Below are positions 27,677 to 37,075 of a DNA stretch of 64,000 nucleotides, in pieces. This DNA is from an uncultured Spirochaetales bacterium (GTDB lineage Bacteria > Spirochaetota > Spirochaetia > Sphaerochaetales > Sphaerochaetaceae), in the NCBI GenBank assembly GCA_949299185.1, contig CASFZR010000002.1:4514-68513 (forward strand), written 5' to 3'. The position numbers were made by a program, and so were the translations under genes. The notes beneath the pieces were generated by a model, which saw only the letters and a list, made by a program, of their open reading frames with translations, searched no databases and had not been told where the DNA came from. The stretch's first letter is position 1. Each line of letters begins with the position of its first letter.

Positions 27677-28322
27677 CCTGCTGATCGTTGATGATCAAAA
27701 CCTGTTCGCCAAGAGCCTGAAGATCGTATTCGATGCCTATCCTGATGACTTCGAATCGATAATAGTCGCGGAGAATGGATACAAGGCCATCGATATCCTC
27801 AAGGAAGCCTCCGTGGATGTGGTCCTCATGGACGTCTGGATGCCAGAGATCGACGGCATCAAGGCCGTTTCAATGATAAGGGACTTCAACAAGACCACGA
27901 AGATCATAATGCTCTCCACGTACGGATACGATAAATACGTAAGATCAGCCCTTAAGACAGGCGCTGATGCATACCTGCTGAAGGATATATCACCTGACGA
28001 GCTGATATCATCGATAAAGAGGGTCTTCAAAGGACAGAAGATCATCTCAAGGGAGATCCTTGAGCATCAAGAAGGGAATCCCGATACGAAGAACCAGAAG
28101 CTCGATTATCCAAAGGCCCTAGACACCCTTGTCCAAAGGGAGAAGGAGATACTCGCACTGATAGGAAAGGGATACAGCAATGAGGAGATCGCTGATAAGT
28201 TATGTCTTTCCGAGCATACCGTCAGAAACTACGTAAGCTCCATAAACAGCAAGCTTGAGACAAGAAACAGATTCGAGGCCATGCGGCTGGCCATCGAATA
28301 CAACATCGGATCATTGCTCTGA
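27663..28322 (+). CDS. Response regulator, NarL/LuxR family
   Basis: 219 aa. REC domain (LLIVDDQ...VVLMDVWMPEIDG) plus a LuxR HTH (REKEILALIGKGYSNEEIADKLCLSEHTVRNYVSSI). 14-nt overlap with the kinase gene. Confidence 0.9.
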   Translation: MRKLNLLIVDDQNLFAKSLKIVFDAYPDDFESIIVAENGYKAIDILKEASVDVVLMDVWMPEIDGIKAVSMIRDFNKTTKIIMLSTYGYDKYVRSALKTGADAYLLKDISPDELISSIKRVFKGQKIISREILEHQEGNPDTKNQKLDYPKALDTLVQREKEILALIGKGYSNEEIADKLCLSEHTVRNYVSSINSKLETRNRFEAMRLAIEYNIGSLL

Positions 28323-28375
28323 AAGGAGCCGGCTCCTCCCTACGGAACACCGGCCCCACAGAAAAAGGAGCTAGA

Positions 28376-30718
28376 TCAATACACGGCCGCCACGGTCAGT
28401 ATCCTGTATGGGGCAATCTCCATCTCAAGGCTCTCATCCTTGCAGAGGAGATCTCCCCTATTGCCGTAGATATCAGACATGCGATACTCCCTGACCCCAG
28501 GCATCCGCAAGGAGAAGCGGCCCTTGGTTCCGGCCGTCTCATACAGCCTTATGGAAACGGTATCCGGAGCAACTGCCTCGACAGAGGAGACCACGACGCC
28601 GCTTCCCTTGATGATCATGCGGCTATCGACATCACCGCCGCAGCCTTCCTGTATAGAGACGCCATGGTTCACCATCTCCGCCAGCTCTGGGATCGATGCA
28701 TCGTACCAGGGGCCGGTGAAAGGAAGGATCGTCAAAGCTGTCTCCACGATTCCATGCTGGGAAGAACTTTCATCAGGATACATACCCGCATACTCCGTAT
28801 AAGGAGCCCGAACGATGGTCATATAAAGGGAACGAGGCCTGGATTCGATCCCGCAGTTTCCCGTATTGACCAGGGCAATGCCGCAATCATCGGAATCCAC
28901 GACTGAATACCTGAGGACAGGCCACTCGCCCTTTGCCGTTCCTCTCTCACGATAATACTGGCGCCTCGTGGTACCGAACGGAATCTCATTCAGCATGGAT
29001 GTGAACTCATAAGGCGTCGTGACCTTAACCCTCATCCTCGCCATCTCATATTCCCAGGGAACTGCGATCGATACCGAGACATACGGGGAGTCCTGATAAA
29101 GTCGGAGACTCATGGACCACGGCTGTCTGGAAGCCTTAAACCCTAACGCATCCTCTGGGAATTCTCCGGATATCCTCAGCTCCTGATAAACCGGAGTCCT
29201 GACCGATGACACGGTCATAGAAGATACGATCCAGTCGACCTCAGAACCAGCAGGCTCCTCTATCTGGAAATTCCCCACATCCTTCTGCATCACGAGTGAT
29301 ATGCCATAGCATCGGCCACCGGCGGCTATCGAGCAGGTCTTCCTCTCCGTATCCGCAGACACGGAGACGATGCCATTATCTATCCAATAGCGATCATCCT
29401 CCTCAAAGCATCCTGCCCCATGCTCACCGACAACGCACCTGATATCTGAGATGGAATAAGGAGGAAGCGCCTCTGCGATCTCCACCGAATCACCATACTG
29501 TACGAAGGGAACCTCCCTTCCGTTGCAAAGGACCTTCGAGATCGGGAATCCGACATCAAGCTGCATCGGGATACGCCAGCTACCGCAGTTTCCGGCAAAG
29601 ACAGAATAACGGCCAGGCTCCGGCTGAGGGCCTTGGAATAGCGCCTTCTCATACGAGTCAATCCTTGCGATCAATGAATTCACCCTTCTGATCGCATCCT
29701 GGAAGACATCATCCTGGAATGAGCCGGTTATGAGATCATGCGCCTGAAGATATCCCATGTCCCAATCGAATGTCTCCAGAAGATCGGCATCATGGGCCTT
29801 CCTGAAGAATAGCGCTACCATGGTATGCAGCTGCTGAAGCCGGCTCTCGCACTCACGATACCTCTTCCTCAGCGCGATGCGGTTCGAGAAGGTACCGGTA
29901 AACTCAGGATTCAGATCGGCATCCAGCATCGGCCATTTCCCAGAGAGGGAAAGGACGGTGTCGCAGATCGAATCAGGGGTGGCATACTCCCAAGTCCTCC
30001 TCGTTCCCGGCGCCTTACGAAGCGTCAAGGACCTGGGGGAAGGAAGCACCTCATTCTCCGTATAAGGCATGAAGAGGCGCAGGGGAAGCTCGGCCGCCCC
30101 GCAATCAGCCTCATTGAACAGCTGATCGTATTCCTTCCATCTTGATACATGCCTGAAGGAGAGCCCGTCATCCAGCACCGCAGGAGCATAGACATCGCGG
30201 CCTATCACTGGGATGACGGTGCCATCCTTTCCCTTCGCCTGAAGCATCGTGAACGGGACATTCCCGCCAAGCCTGTTCGCGAAGACATACCTATATCCGA
30301 ACTGCGCTGCCAGCTGCGGGAACTGCGCGTTCATTCCGAAGGTATCGATCAGCCAGCCGACTGTAGCCTTCTTCCCCAGCCTTCCAAGGAACCACCTCTG
30401 CCCTGCCTGTATATTCCTGACAAGGCTCTCCCCTGAGACGGTATTCGTCTCTGACGTGGATACCATGCCTCCGACGATAGACAACCTGCCGTTATCGACG
30501 AAAGGCCGCAGCCTGTCGATCAGATCAGGCCTCCTCTCATCCAGCATGCGCAGCAGATAAGCCTGCTCAAGCACATACGTGAAATCATCATGATGCTCCA
30601 GGATATCGAGAAGCCTGACGATGACGTCCTCATAGAGTTCACTCATCTCCTCAACATCCTTCTTCCACGCTATATCCACATGGGTAACGCCGATTATCCC
30701 ATTGATCTGCTTCTTCAT
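28376..30718 (-). CDS. GH38-family alpha-mannosidase-like glycoside hydrolase, cytoplasmic
   Basis: Start trimmed to MKKQING (ATG 30718, RBS AAGGAGG). GH38 N-terminal pattern THVDIAW...VGGMVSTSETNTVSGESLVRN...GWLIDTFG. No signal peptide. Confidence 0.7.
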   Translation of the reverse strand: MKKQINGIIGVTHVDIAWKKDVEEMSELYEDVIVRLLDILEHHDDFTYVLEQAYLLRMLDERRPDLIDRLRPFVDNGRLSIVGGMVSTSETNTVSGESLVRNIQAGQRWFLGRLGKKATVGWLIDTFGMNAQFPQLAAQFGYRYVFANRLGGNVPFTMLQAKGKDGTVIPVIGRDVYAPAVLDDGLSFRHVSRWKEYDQLFNEADCGAAELPLRLFMPYTENEVLPSPRSLTLRKAPGTRRTWEYATPDSICDTVLSLSGKWPMLDADLNPEFTGTFSNRIALRKRYRECESRLQQLHTMVALFFRKAHDADLLETFDWDMGYLQAHDLITGSFQDDVFQDAIRRVNSLIARIDSYEKALFQGPQPEPGRYSVFAGNCGSWRIPMQLDVGFPISKVLCNGREVPFVQYGDSVEIAEALPPYSISDIRCVVGEHGAGCFEEDDRYWIDNGIVSVSADTERKTCSIAAGGRCYGISLVMQKDVGNFQIEEPAGSEVDWIVSSMTVSSVRTPVYQELRISGEFPEDALGFKASRQPWSMSLRLYQDSPYVSVSIAVPWEYEMARMRVKVTTPYEFTSMLNEIPFGTTRRQYYRERGTAKGEWPVLRYSVVDSDDCGIALVNTGNCGIESRPRSLYMTIVRAPYTEYAGMYPDESSSQHGIVETALTILPFTGPWYDASIPELAEMVNHGVSIQEGCGGDVDSRMIIKGSGVVVSSVEAVAPDTVSIRLYETAGTKGRFSLRMPGVREYRMSDIYGNRGDLLCKDESLEMEIAPYRILTVAAVY

Positions 30719-30747
30719 ATGATCCTCCTTTCCTCCCATGGTCCTGA

Positions 30748-31572
30748 TCAGCCTTTTAATCCAGACATCGTTATTCCTGCGACAAACTGCTTCTGGAATA
30801 TGAAGAATATGATGAGTACCGGAACTACCGTTATCGTCGAGGCCGGAAGTATAAGTTCCATGAGCGGACTATGCACGGTGGTAAGGCCTGCAATCCCTAC
30901 CGGCAGTGTCCTCATCGAGTTCGATATCGTCATGACCAGCGGCCAGAGAAGGCTATCCCATGATCCTCGGAACGTGAATATCGCCAAGGCGGAGATAACC
31001 GTTCCCGACAGCGGGAATATTATCTTCGTGAAGATACGGAACTCAGACATGCCATCGACCCTTGCTGCTTCTATATAGTCCTGGGGAAACGAAAGCATGA
31101 ACTGCCTGACTAGGAAGATACCGAAGACGGTAATCCCCTGCGGAAGTATCAAGGCAAGATACGTATCATATATTCCCAGCTGCTGGACGATCATGAAGTT
31201 AGGGACGATCGTGACCTGCGCAGGGATCATCATGCTGGAAAGCACGAGCAGGAAGAGCGTGTTCTTTCCGCGGAACCTCATCTTGGCGAACACATACCCA
31301 GCGAGCATCGATGTCAGGATCGATATCGCGGTGGAGATCACCGAGACGAATACGCTGTTGAAGAAATACCTTCCGAACGGCATCTTCTGGAACAGCTCGA
31401 AATAACCGCTGAGCGTAGGCTCCTCCGGGAACAGCGTAGGAGGCGTCCTCCAGATCTCCCCGGCATCCTTGAATGACGAGAGGAACATCCAAAGCAGCGG
31501 TGAGAACACGAGTATCGAAAGGAACGAGAGGGCAACCACTCCGAGAATACGTCTAATCTTTGAAGATCTCAT
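30748..31572 (-). CDS. CUT1 sugar ABC transporter permease
   Basis: 274 aa. EAA loop YIEAARVDGMSEFRIFTKIIFPLS. Confidence 0.9.
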   Translation of the reverse strand: MRSSKIRRILGVVALSFLSILVFSPLLWMFLSSFKDAGEIWRTPPTLFPEEPTLSGYFELFQKMPFGRYFFNSVFVSVISTAISILTSMLAGYVFAKMRFRGKNTLFLLVLSSMMIPAQVTIVPNFMIVQQLGIYDTYLALILPQGITVFGIFLVRQFMLSFPQDYIEAARVDGMSEFRIFTKIIFPLSGTVISALAIFTFRGSWDSLLWPLVMTISNSMRTLPVGIAGLTTVHSPLMELILPASTITVVPVLIIFFIFQKQFVAGITMSGLKG

Positions 31573-31585
31573 CTTATCAAGCCTC

Positions 31586-32461
31586 CTAGTACTCCCACTT
31601 GGTCCTTCCGAGCCTGAGCTGAACCAGTGTTATCACGAAGATGAGGAAGAAGAGCAGCATGCTTATCGCGCTGCCATATCCAAGCCTTCCATCCTTGAAT
31701 GCCGCCTGATACGCCGTGAATATGACAGACCTCGTCGAATTAAGCGGACCGCCATCGGTCATGACATATATCGGCTCGAATACCTCCAGCGTCCATATCG
31801 TTATGACTACGACAAGGTAGAGTATCGTAGGCTGGAGCAGAGGGAGCTTGATCTTGTACATGATCTGCCTTGGCGAGGCGCCATCGATCCTCGCGGCCTC
31901 ATACAGTGAATCAGGGACGGCCTGAAGCGCTGCGATATACATGACGACATCGAAGCCTATATGCTTGAAACCATCCATCAGGGCGATGCAGATCAAGGCC
32001 TGGTCCGGGTCACGCAGGAAGCCCTGTGCAGGAAGTCCCATGGCCCTGAGGAACTCATTGATCAGTCCTATATTGTTGTAGAGATACAGGAAGATGGTGG
32101 AATAAGCGACCATGCTGGTGATATACGGCGCGAAGAACCCTGCGAGCAGGATCGACCGGCCGGTCCTGACATTGTTCAGCGCGTTTGCGATGAAGAATCC
32201 AAGGACTACGGTGAACGGTATCCTGATAAGAGCATACTTGATCGTATTCGCAAAGCTCTTCAGGCCCCTTGGATCATCGAAGAGGACCTCGAAATAGTTA
32301 TCGAGCCCCACGAATGTGTTGTTCCTCGTGTTCATGAAGCTATAAAGCAGGGACATGAATACCGGAAACAGCACGAATATAACCATATAGACAAGCACAG
32401 GAAGAAGCGCGATATACGCGAATCTTACCTCTGATCTGCGGATTGCTATTCTGTTCTTCAT
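31586..32461 (-). CDS. CUT1 sugar ABC transporter permease
   Basis: Start trimmed to MKNRIAIRR (ATG 32461), because the longer ORF would run through an intercistronic hairpin. EAA loop LYEAARIDGASPRQIMYKIKLPLLQP. Confidence 0.85.
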   Translation of the reverse strand: MKNRIAIRRSEVRFAYIALLPVLVYMVIFVLFPVFMSLLYSFMNTRNNTFVGLDNYFEVLFDDPRGLKSFANTIKYALIRIPFTVVLGFFIANALNNVRTGRSILLAGFFAPYITSMVAYSTIFLYLYNNIGLINEFLRAMGLPAQGFLRDPDQALICIALMDGFKHIGFDVVMYIAALQAVPDSLYEAARIDGASPRQIMYKIKLPLLQPTILYLVVVITIWTLEVFEPIYVMTDGGPLNSTRSVIFTAYQAAFKDGRLGYGSAISMLLFFLIFVITLVQLRLGRTKWEY

Positions 32462-32478
32462 ATTTACCTTTTCAATGA

Positions 32479-32498
32479 CCCGCTGAATAGCCAGCGGG
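32479..32498 (-). other. Intercistronic hairpin after the SBP gene
   Basis: CCCGCTG / AATAGC / CAGCGGG (7-bp stem). A second small hairpin GCTGG-AAA-CCAGC follows. Lies between the SBP stop (32555) and the permease start (32461). Confidence 0.5.
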
Positions 32499-32554
32499 CC
32501 ATAATGCAAAGCTGGAAACCAGCGTGAATAAGCGACTACCTAGCTGCCATCTCC

Positions 32555-33817
32555 TCAATGGACGCTATTGAGCCTCGTTATCTCCTCAGCTCCTGCCTTC
32601 AGCCCTTCCTCTGGCGTGACAAGACCATCAACCACGCTTCTAAGCATATTCTTTATCGTGTCTCTGACATCCTCACTTGTATACAGAGAAACATCACCAG
32701 CAACACCATATTCCATCGCCTCGACGAATGGAGCGAGAAGCCTGTCGTTGATTATCTCAGGATCCTCCTGCGTGGACTTCACCGCGGAAAGCTCTCCGCA
32801 GAACTTCGACCAGCGGACCGTATTCTCCGGCGCGATAAGATACTCCAGGAAAGCCCAGACGCCTTCCTTATCAACAGCTTCCTTGCTCACGATATGGCTC
32901 CACACCTGGAAGAGGGCCCAGGTATTCGGAAGCCCATCCATCTCCGGGCAATCGATGAACGCGTAGTTGAGATCCGGAAGGTCGTTATCGAGGATGGCTC
33001 CGAACCACGGCATGCCATTCATCGAAGCGACGGCGCCGCGCCTGAAGCTATCAATGGTCTCTCCGAGTTCCATATCATCAACGCCATAGGTATTGAAGAT
33101 ATCGACATAGTTCTGCAGGGCCTTCATTCCGACCTCGTTATCGAAGGCTGCGCTTCCACCGCTGTTGTATGGTACGCCGCCAAGCTGAAGGACACGGTTG
33201 ATGAAGTAGACCTCCTCATCCCTCTGTGCCGAGAATCCTGCCTGGATCATCCTTCCGCTCTGATCATACTTGGTGACCTTCTTGCAGAGTTCCATGAACT
33301 CGTCCCAGGTCTTCGCCTGCGTCGGATCGACTCCGGCCTCCTCCCAGAGATCGACATTGATCATTATCTGACCCCAGCTTGGGAAGTAGTTGTATGGCAC
33401 GCCAAAAACTGATCCATCAGAAGAGATAAGAGCATCGAATGAATAGTCATAGAACTCATCGCGATGCTTCTCCATGAACCAATCAGGAACCTCTCCAAGC
33501 CTCCCTGATTCCAGATACGGGGTAACCGCATTTGAATAAATAAATGTGATATCGAAAGCCTTTCCAGTCTGAAGGCCAGCCACGAAGAGCTGCTCGACAT
33601 CAGGCGCGAAGGTTGCCTCGACATAATACTCAGGATTGGCTGCGTTGAACTCCTCGATGAACTGCTCAAGCTGGCCACGGAAATTAACGGCATCAAGCGT
33701 GAGGAACGTTATCTTCTGTCTCCCGTCATCCTCTTTACTTCCTCCGGCAAATAGCATGCATGCGCAAAGGAAAACCGATACGATTGTAACGAATAAGCGT
33801 TTTTTCCCTTTTGTCAT
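32555..33817 (-). CDS. ABC transporter extracellular sugar-binding protein (family 1), probable lipoprotein
   Basis: Start trimmed to MTKGKKRLF (ATG 33817, RBS AAGGAG). Signal/lipobox-like FLCACMLFAGG. Confidence 0.85.
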   Translation of the reverse strand: MTKGKKRLFVTIVSVFLCACMLFAGGSKEDDGRQKITFLTLDAVNFRGQLEQFIEEFNAANPEYYVEATFAPDVEQLFVAGLQTGKAFDITFIYSNAVTPYLESGRLGEVPDWFMEKHRDEFYDYSFDALISSDGSVFGVPYNYFPSWGQIMINVDLWEEAGVDPTQAKTWDEFMELCKKVTKYDQSGRMIQAGFSAQRDEEVYFINRVLQLGGVPYNSGGSAAFDNEVGMKALQNYVDIFNTYGVDDMELGETIDSFRRGAVASMNGMPWFGAILDNDLPDLNYAFIDCPEMDGLPNTWALFQVWSHIVSKEAVDKEGVWAFLEYLIAPENTVRWSKFCGELSAVKSTQEDPEIINDRLLAPFVEAMEYGVAGDVSLYTSEDVRDTIKNMLRSVVDGLVTPEEGLKAGAEEITRLNSVH

Positions 33818-33921
33818 TGGACATCTCCTTTTTTTCGAGAAAAGAGTAAGACGCCTTATGACTGCCAGCAAGTGACAAAAGTCACAAATGCTTCAGGGGT
33901 GGATCCTCGCAGATGATACGC

Positions 33922-35259
33922 TCAGAGGACCACGGTCCCCTCTTCCTCTATGATCCTCTCGCCCTCGCACTCCACGCTCACGTTCTCGAGACGCACCTCC
34001 ACGTTCCTCAGGCGGAAGCCCCTGGAAGGAGGAGTCGGAAGGCCTCGGTACATATCGCTGTCATCGACAGAGGCGGTGGTATCCGCGGAGACGGAGAATG
34101 ATGAATTCCGTATCGTCAGGTCGCGTATCGGCATCTCCGGCAGCCCCACGGCCATGCCGGCAGAGGACAGGGAATCCTCTCCATGGCAGTCCTCTATGAG
34201 TATGGAGTGGATATCCGGAGTAGAATCGATGACAGGCTGCTTATCGAGGGAGAAGAGGGAGGCATCATCGGTACCGCATCTGTAGTACATGTTTATCACG
34301 AACGGGCAGAGATTCCTCCGCATCCTTATCCGCCTGAAGGCAAGGTCATGTATAAGGCCGCCCCTTCCCCTTCTGGTCTTGATGCGTATACCCCTGTCAG
34401 TACCATCGAAGAGGCAGTCCTCGACGGTGACGTCCGAGATCTCCGCCGCGGTCTCGGAACCTATGACGGCACCGCCATGGGCAGCCTTGACCGTACAGCC
34501 TCTTATCAGGATATCCTTCGTCGGCACATCGTCCCTTATGCCATCAGGACCGGATCCGGACTTGAGGGCTATGCCATCATCCCCGACGAACACATCGCAG
34601 TCGATTACCGCCACATGAGAGCATGATTCGATATCTATACCATCGGTATTGGGGGCCTCGTATGGATTGAGGACCTTGAGGTCCTTCAGGGTAATATGCT
34701 CGGAGAAGAGCGGATGGATCGTCCAGAACGGGGAGTTCTGTACCGTTATGCCCTCTATCCTCACATCATGGCTCTTCCTGATCTGGATAAGAGGCGGCCT
34801 CATGAACTGGAACTCACGTCCTCCGCCGCCACCTGGCTGATCCCTATAATCCGGATTAAGGGCGGCATACCTCAGCTCAAGCTCGCTCTCCGGTCCAAGG
34901 CCCTTCCCCTTCTTCTTCAGGCACTCCTTCCACCATCTCTCTCCGGAGCCATCTATCGTTCCTTCTCCCTCTATGACCACGTCCTCGCACTCATCGATGA
35001 AAAGACAAGGATGCATACACCAGCACTTAACGCCTTCCCATCTAGTGAAGACAGGCTCATACAACCCGAACTCCGGAATGAAGCGCAGCACGGCTCCCTT
35101 CTCGAGGATAAGCCGGGAATGGGAAGGAATTGATAGCGGCCCTGTCATATAGACGCCTTCGGAAAGACGGACCTCCCCCTCTTCTCTGAGCGCCTTCATA
35201 AGGCTCATGGAAATATCGCGACCATCTGGAACGATTCCATGAGAGATGCAATCTGCCAT
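33922..35259 (-). CDS. GH28 polygalacturonase-family hydrolase, no signal peptide
   Basis: Start trimmed to MADCISHG (ATG 35259, RBS GGAGG). GH28 motifs NTDGIDIESC, GDDGIALKSG, HGGAVIGSE and IRIKT. Confidence 0.9.
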   Translation of the reverse strand: MADCISHGIVPDGRDISMSLMKALREEGEVRLSEGVYMTGPLSIPSHSRLILEKGAVLRFIPEFGLYEPVFTRWEGVKCWCMHPCLFIDECEDVVIEGEGTIDGSGERWWKECLKKKGKGLGPESELELRYAALNPDYRDQPGGGGGREFQFMRPPLIQIRKSHDVRIEGITVQNSPFWTIHPLFSEHITLKDLKVLNPYEAPNTDGIDIESCSHVAVIDCDVFVGDDGIALKSGSGPDGIRDDVPTKDILIRGCTVKAAHGGAVIGSETAAEISDVTVEDCLFDGTDRGIRIKTRRGRGGLIHDLAFRRIRMRRNLCPFVINMYYRCGTDDASLFSLDKQPVIDSTPDIHSILIEDCHGEDSLSSAGMAVGLPEMPIRDLTIRNSSFSVSADTTASVDDSDMYRGLPTPPSRGFRLRNVEVRLENVSVECEGERIIEEEGTVVL

Positions 35260-35308
35260 ACGTACCTCCGACTTTGACTTACCGCGTTTCCCGTCATATC
35301 CTTTCGAT

Positions 35309-36190
35309 ATGCCAAGAATAGGATTCAGAGCCCACGACTTCGGCTCATTCGACTCGGCGGATGCCCTAGGGCGCCGAGTAGCCCAGACCAGATCTCCTGC
35401 CTTCATCCAGCTGGCGCTGAAGAAGGTGATACCCTCATGCCACCCCTGGCAGGAGTGGGATAAGGAGTATATCTCATCCATAGCCTCAGACCTCAAGGCC
35501 CATGGCGTCTCCGTGGCCGTCGTCGGCTGCTATATCAACCCGATCCACCCCGACGAGGAGAAGCGGAAGGACGAGATCAGGCGATTCAGGAAATCCCTCT
35601 CGATGACAGGAGCCTTCGGCTGTCCTGTCGTCGGAACGGAGACGGGAACCGCAAGCGCCACGGGAGGCTACTCGATAGCCACATCCGCTCCACGGAACAT
35701 CGAGATCTTCAAGGAGAGCCTCTCCCAGATGCTCGACGAGGCCGAGAAGGATGACGCGTACGTGGCCATAGAGGCCGTTGCCCGCTCCCATTCGATCTCC
35801 AGCGCCCAGCGGATGGGGAAGATCCTCGATTCGTTCGGCACCGATCGCCTTAAGGTCATCCTCGATCCCATCAACCTCATTCCCTACACGGGAATCCCCG
35901 AAGCCGATGGTGTTCCTCTAGAGGTTCCCACAGAGGAAGCCGAGCGCTCCTTCATCCGCGATATCCTCGATATCTACGGAGACAGGATCGCCGCTATCCA
36001 CTGCAAGGACTACCGCCTCGATCCGGAAACAGGCTTCAAGATCGGAAATCTTCCGGCCCTGACAGGCTGCTTCAGATGGCAGGCCTTCGCGGAGGAACTG
36101 CGTTCGCGCGCCATTGATGTCCCATGGCTTCTGGAAAACCATGATCCGTCAACGGCAGGAAGGACGGCAGAGACCTTAGAGAGATTCTAA
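35309..36190 (+). CDS. Sugar phosphate isomerase/epimerase (xylose isomerase-like TIM barrel)
   Basis: Start taken at MPRIGFRAHDFG. Overall pattern is typical of the AP_endonuc_2 / TIM-barrel isomerase family. The start is uncertain. Confidence 0.6.
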   Translation: MPRIGFRAHDFGSFDSADALGRRVAQTRSPAFIQLALKKVIPSCHPWQEWDKEYISSIASDLKAHGVSVAVVGCYINPIHPDEEKRKDEIRRFRKSLSMTGAFGCPVVGTETGTASATGGYSIATSAPRNIEIFKESLSQMLDEAEKDDAYVAIEAVARSHSISSAQRMGKILDSFGTDRLKVILDPINLIPYTGIPEADGVPLEVPTEEAERSFIRDILDIYGDRIAAIHCKDYRLDPETGFKIGNLPALTGCFRWQAFAEELRSRAIDVPWLLENHDPSTAGRTAETLERF

Positions 36191-36254
36191 GGCTACCGGT
36201 GCCCGTCTATACAGACTGGGTTTTGTACTATAACGGCTAAAGAGGAATAAATCG

Positions 36255-37073
36255 ATGCCAGAGCTACCAGAAGTAGAGACAGTAAGGCGTGTCCTCGGGC
36301 CTCAGATGACGGGCCGCACCATGATCTCTGCCAGCATACGCACTCCTGGCGTGATCGCTCATCCGGAACCGACTGCGTTCATCGAGGGAATAGAAGGAAA
36401 GAGGGTCATCGATACCGGAAGAAGGGGCAAGTTCCTTACCATCGGGATGGAAGGAGGAAGCCGGCTGGTCATCCATCTCAGGATGACAGGATGCCTCCTC
36501 ATAGCCCCAGAAGGATATCCTGAGGAAGCACATACCCACGTCACGATCGGCCTTGATGACGGAAAGGAGCTACGATTCTCCGACACGAGACGCTTCGGCA
36601 GGATGTGGCTCATCGACAGCGGGCAGGATGCTTGCACGGGCATGGAGAGGCTAGGCCCCGAGCCCTTCGATAACATCGACGCATCCTACCTCCAAGGCAG
36701 GCTGGGCAGAAGCAGGAGGAAGATAAAGCAGTGCCTCATGGACCAGTCAGCAATAGCTGGGATCGGCAACATATACTCGGATGAGATCCTCTTCTCCTCC
36801 TCGATCGACCCACGGAGGGAGGCCTGCACGCTCAGCGCTGACGAATGGCGGCGCCTTGCGAAGGCGATCCCCGAACGCCTCTCATTCTTCATCGAGAAGA
36901 ACATGATAACACCGGAAGAATACCTTGAGACGAAGGGCAAGGATTACCGCAATACCCCATTCCTCCAGGTATATGGTCATGAAGGAGAACCTTGTCCTGT
37001 ATGCGGCAGCAGGCTGGAGCATACCGTCATCGCCGGCCGCGGCAGCACGTTCTGCCCCATCTGCCAGCACTAG
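36255..37073 (+). CDS. mutM: Formamidopyrimidine-DNA glycosylase
   Basis: MPELPEVETVRR N-terminus. C-terminal zinc finger CPVCGSRLEHTVIAGRGSTFCPICQ. Confidence 0.95.
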   Translation: MPELPEVETVRRVLGPQMTGRTMISASIRTPGVIAHPEPTAFIEGIEGKRVIDTGRRGKFLTIGMEGGSRLVIHLRMTGCLLIAPEGYPEEAHTHVTIGLDDGKELRFSDTRRFGRMWLIDSGQDACTGMERLGPEPFDNIDASYLQGRLGRSRRKIKQCLMDQSAIAGIGNIYSDEILFSSSIDPRREACTLSADEWRRLAKAIPERLSFFIEKNMITPEEYLETKGKDYRNTPFLQVYGHEGEPCPVCGSRLEHTVIAGRGSTFCPICQH

Positions 37074-37075
37074 CA

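Noticed and set aside
28326-28337. GGAGCCGGCTCC palindrome between the convergent LuxR regulator and GH38 genes as a bidirectional terminator
   Set aside because: A 12-bp palindrome folds into only a 4-bp stem with a 4-nt loop, and it lacks U-tracts. This is too weak to call.
35260-35496. N-terminal extension of the GH28 ORF. Similar extensions occur at 15287-15514 (CE15), 38862-38996 (deoC), 30719-30739 (GH38), 33818-33871 (SBP) and 12844-12888 (putP).
   Set aside because: Internal ATGs with strong Shine-Dalgarno sequences give N-termini that match the families. The extensions overlap neighbouring genes or hairpins.
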